Shown one piece after another: positions 52,962 to 56,144 of a stretch of DNA of 56,144 bases. The position numbers were made by a program, and so were the translations under genes. This DNA comes from a virus (Duplodnaviria; Caudoviricetes), in IMG/VR virus record IMGVR_UViG_3300042197_002821, positions 1-56,144 of that record; one strand, 5' to 3'. Each line of letters begins with the position of its first letter. The first letter of the stretch is position 1. Under the pieces are notes generated by a model, which made no database searches, was not told where the DNA came from, and worked only from the letters and a program-made list of their open reading frames with translations.

Positions 52962-54224
52962 ATGAAAATCAACGACATCATTTTAGAAAAAGCTGCTGCT
53001 AAACCTAGGAATTTCGTGGCTAAAAATGCCGGGAAAACTACCTCTGGTGCTGGCAAACATAAAGATAGAAAGAAAGCCGCAAAACAGGGAGATGTAAAAC
53101 ACAAAGGCAAGGTGATGGCGGAAGGCTCAGAGGATGATATAGAAGATACACGACAATGGAGAGATGCTATCGCTTTGGCCAAATCACAAAAGGCGATCCG
53201 TCAGGCTCGATATGGCAAAGATCAGAAATTTTATGCTGATGGAACGCCAGTGACCCCCGAGGAAGTTGCTCGCAGAGCCGCAGAAAGAAAAGCCAAAAAG
53301 AAAGGTGTGGCGGAAGGCATCAGTGTAGTTGATCAAGACTATGACTTAGATCAAATCATTTTAACCTTAGATATCGAAGGTCGGAGAGTATCATTTACCT
53401 ATACTGACTATGACGAAAACTTTGAAAACGCAGAACGTCGAGATGTGTTTGATCAACTACAGGAAAAATCATGGTATAAGGGTTTAGATCATCCTACTAA
53501 AATGGAGATCTTAGATGCTGCCTACAAGGCTATAAGAGGTGAAGAACCCAGCGAATACAAACCTAGAGTTGATGATGAGCCGTTAGACATAGACGAAGGG
53601 GTCTCGGAAGGCAGCGACTGGGGCGAACCTAGAGAGATACTGAAAGATGTTCTACAGACTTTGGAGCGTGAAGTAGAGTGGCCATTGACCGAGGTAATGG
53701 ATCCTAGAGAAGTACGCCAACTATTGGCACCTATCATAAAAGCAGTAAATGATAAAATGATGAGTATGAAAGAAGCACAAGACGACTGGGGCGGTATGAG
53801 CCACAGAGAATTCAAGCGTAAAGAATTACAGCATGAACTAGGACATGAAGACGATCCGGAATTTCAAAGACAGATGCGGGAAAAAGATCGCGGGCCCTGG
53901 TACATCAAAATCGACGGTCGTATTTACAAGCAGAAGGGCCAACCTAAAGCGTTTGACTGGAAAAAAGGTGCTAACAACTATGCATTGGCTATGGTAAAAA
54001 ATCAGCCTGCTCTCAAAAGTAAGATATTGTTAACTAAAAATCTCAGCGACGATGTTGCAGAAACTGCCACCACAGGATCTATGTCATCGGGTGATTTTTC
54101 TGTTGGTGCTGTATATCCTAACAAAAAGGGCAAGACCTACAAGAACAAAGACGGTACCACTAAAAATGCCCTGGATATCAAAGGTGGTAATTTATTAACT
54201 GGTGGCAGCATCGCCAAACGATAA
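52962..54224 (+). CDS. Modular polyprotein-like head protein with repeated V-A/S-E-G junctions
   Basis: MKINDIILE start; VMAEG, GVAEG, GVSEG, DVAET. Confidence 0.8.
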   Translation: MKINDIILEKAAAKPRNFVAKNAGKTTSGAGKHKDRKKAAKQGDVKHKGKVMAEGSEDDIEDTRQWRDAIALAKSQKAIRQARYGKDQKFYADGTPVTPEEVARRAAERKAKKKGVAEGISVVDQDYDLDQIILTLDIEGRRVSFTYTDYDENFENAERRDVFDQLQEKSWYKGLDHPTKMEILDAAYKAIRGEEPSEYKPRVDDEPLDIDEGVSEGSDWGEPREILKDVLQTLEREVEWPLTEVMDPREVRQLLAPIIKAVNDKMMSMKEAQDDWGGMSHREFKRKELQHELGHEDDPEFQRQMREKDRGPWYIKIDGRIYKQKGQPKAFDWKKGANNYALAMVKNQPALKSKILLTKNLSDDVAETATTGSMSSGDFSVGAVYPNKKGKTYKNKDGTTKNALDIKGGNLLTGGSIAKR

Positions 54225-54247
54225 ATACAGTATAACGGAGTTTAGAC

Positions 54248-55216
54248 ATGCCAGATTTACCAAAACAACAAGAACCTCAGATGCAGATGCAACTGAGCGT
54301 GCCGCAAGATGATCACGAAGGGCAGATGGCCCGCGCCGATTTATACAGAGCTGCTAAACATGCTATGAAGCTGTTCGAGATGATACAAGAAGGCCAAGAA
54401 CTAGAAGGATGGGTGCAGGCCAAGATCACAAAATCTGCAGACTATCTCGATTCGGTTTTCCACTACATGGAATATCAGATGAAATTTGGCGACGGTGCTA
54501 GGGCTAGCAGCGTTGATGACATCACTGGCGAAGCACAGGTCGCGAGAGAAAAAGAAGTGTCCGAAGAGGACGATGAAAAAATGGAGAGCAACATGAACTA
54601 TGATCAAAAACTCAAGGCACTTCTAGAAAGCGCCAAGAAAAAACAAGAAGAAAAGAAACCTGCTAAAAAAGTCGCAGAAAAAAAACCGGCCAAGAAAGAA
54701 GTCAAGACCGACGAAGCACTGGACATGAATCTAGTCAAGGCTGCGCAGAAAGGCCAAGCAGGCAAGCCTATCGGTAAGCCAGATGCCGAGAGCGACAAGA
54801 ACATTAAAAAGAAATACGGTTATCGTTCCGACGGCGAGCCTTCGGAGAAAGAAGACGAAGTAGGCAAGCAAGACCGCCCAGGCCGTAAGCGCAAGACCAA
54901 AGAAAGCATGGTCAAGGCAGTGATCAAGCGTGTAGTAGAAGCCAACAAACCCGATGTCAACAAAGACGGTATTCCTGACTATGCTCAAGACGGCAAAGGT
55001 GCCAAAGATCTAGGCAAAGGCAAGACGCCCGCAAACAAAGGCGGGGAGAAAAAAACTGCCAAAGGTATGACTGCTGCCCAGAAAAAATTACCTCCTGGAT
55101 TACAGAAAGCCATCGCTAAAAAGAAAGGTGCCAGCGAAAGCACAGTTTCCGCTAAGAAAGTAATGGCAGAATCTGTAGAACTAAATCGCATCAAGATGCT
55201 GAGTGGACTGAAATAA
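54248..55216 (+). CDS. Highly charged head/scaffold-like protein
   Basis: ATAAATA at 54221; DHEG.MA, LEGWVQAKITK; Lys-rich; ends ELNRIKMLSGLK. Confidence 0.75.
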   Translation: MPDLPKQQEPQMQMQLSVPQDDHEGQMARADLYRAAKHAMKLFEMIQEGQELEGWVQAKITKSADYLDSVFHYMEYQMKFGDGARASSVDDITGEAQVAREKEVSEEDDEKMESNMNYDQKLKALLESAKKKQEEKKPAKKVAEKKPAKKEVKTDEALDMNLVKAAQKGQAGKPIGKPDAESDKNIKKKYGYRSDGEPSEKEDEVGKQDRPGRKRKTKESMVKAVIKRVVEANKPDVNKDGIPDYAQDGKGAKDLGKGKTPANKGGEKKTAKGMTAAQKKLPPGLQKAIAKKKGASESTVSAKKVMAESVELNRIKMLSGLK

Positions 55217-55217
55217 A

Positions 55218-56144
55218 ATGGATATGAAGAAAATACTACAGGTCATAGACGGTGCTGTTAAACGGCCTGTAGTAGATTCTAGTGACATGAAACGATTTGT
55301 CAGTATCGTGGCTGAGAACAATGTTGCCGAGACTGCGAAATTGTCTGCCCAAGTAAAGCAAGGTGTGGGGGAAGATAGAGATCTCGGCGAACAGCGGTAC
55401 AAATTCCAGAGAATAAAATTCCGGGGTACGGACCATGACATCGGAGAAGAGCGATATGTTTTCGTTATCGACGGTAATCCAGAGGTTTTCAATTTCGCAA
55501 GTGATGAAGACAACCCGAACCCCGATAGTCCCAGTTTTGAAGAAATCTTAGCACGGGTGCAGAGAAGCGGGGCAGTGGCACATCATCGAATCACGCCTGC
55601 GGAACAACAGGCCATTGCCAAGAAGATCGCGGCCGAACGCCAGCGGTATCTAGATCAACGCCGGTCGGGTGTGGCGGAAGGCTTCTCTAACGATATGTCT
55701 ACCGAAGATATGATTGCGTATCTCCGACAACATCACGATAAGAATCTACACCCTGATTACATCAATCATCTAACAACGACCAACAGCAAGTTTGTCTTAA
55801 AAAAAATCCCATTGTCTTCTATTAAAACTGAATTGTCAGGATTGGATCGAGCAAAGGTAGAACAATACAAGCAAATGGATTTCAGCAAGGCTCCTCCTAT
55901 TGTAGTAGGCAGTGATGGTAATATCCTGGATGGTTATCATAGAGCCACAGTGGCAAAAGCATTGGGTATTCCTACTATCAAAGCCTATGTTGGCATAAAA
56001 GGTCAACAAGATGTCCAGGAAGGCGTCCCACAACCAGGAAAGTCTTCAGGAAAGCCTATATCTTGGATCTCACCTGAAAGAGTGATTACAAAATATTTGA
56101 CACTGAATGAGATTCTAAATTCTGTACAAGGAATTCCTTATTAT
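55218..56144 (+). CDS. Modular polyprotein-like protein containing a ParB/Srx module; runs off the window (absent from ORF track)
   Basis: Open frame from ATG 55218 to the end; QGVGED, SGVAEG, QDVQEG junctions; PPIVV...ILDGYHR. Confidence 0.8.
   Translation, partial: MDMKKILQVIDGAVKRPVVDSSDMKRFVSIVAENNVAETAKLSAQVKQGVGEDRDLGEQRYKFQRIKFRGTDHDIGEERYVFVIDGNPEVFNFASDEDNPNPDSPSFEEILARVQRSGAVAHHRITPAEQQAIAKKIAAERQRYLDQRRSGVAEGFSNDMSTEDMIAYLRQHHDKNLHPDYINHLTTTNSKFVLKKIPLSSIKTELSGLDRAKVEQYKQMDFSKAPPIVVGSDGNILDGYHRATVAKALGIPTIKAYVGIKGQQDVQEGVPQPGKSSGKPISWISPERVITKYLTLNEILNSVQGIPYY

Overview
A 56-kb segment of a large (jumbo-type) tailed dsDNA phage, standard genetic code, almost all genes on the + strand. 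Spanins, ClpA, an omega subunit and a PBP7-like enzyme point to a Gram-negative, probably proteobacterial, host (inference). Layout: (1) 1-3.7 kb, an array of about 23 tRNA genes, several atypical, interleaved with small ORFs, rpoZ, a DIP1984-like gene and at least three non-tRNA structured RNA candidates. (2) 3.7-24 kb, accessory genes under near-consensus sigma70 promoters: phosphoesterases, DEDDh exonuclease, subtilisin, IF-1, a DGQH-protein/HNH pair, DNA ligase, PBP7-like peptidase, ClpP, QueD with a preQ1-like leader, glycosyltransferases, UvsE. (3) 24-36.5 kb, large baseplate/tail-fibre genes under ATAAATA late-type promoters. (4) 36.7-48 kb, a DnaE fragment, GroES, MazG-like, MBD4-like glycosylase, cytidylyltransferase, clamp loader, PhoH, a lysis cassette, DnaJ and ClpA. 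(5) 48-56 kb, a late cluster whose proteins carry T4 capsid-targeting-like N-termini. Some of these are polyproteins of unrelated modules separated by a G-V-A-E-G motif that is conserved at DNA level. The strongest novelty candidates are this protease-processed, cassette-built cargo system, the DIP1984-like gene with its downstream ~235-nt RNA, the preQ1-like leader of queD, and five sigma70 promoters that predict leaderless mRNAs. All calls come from reading motifs by eye; no searches or folding programs were run.
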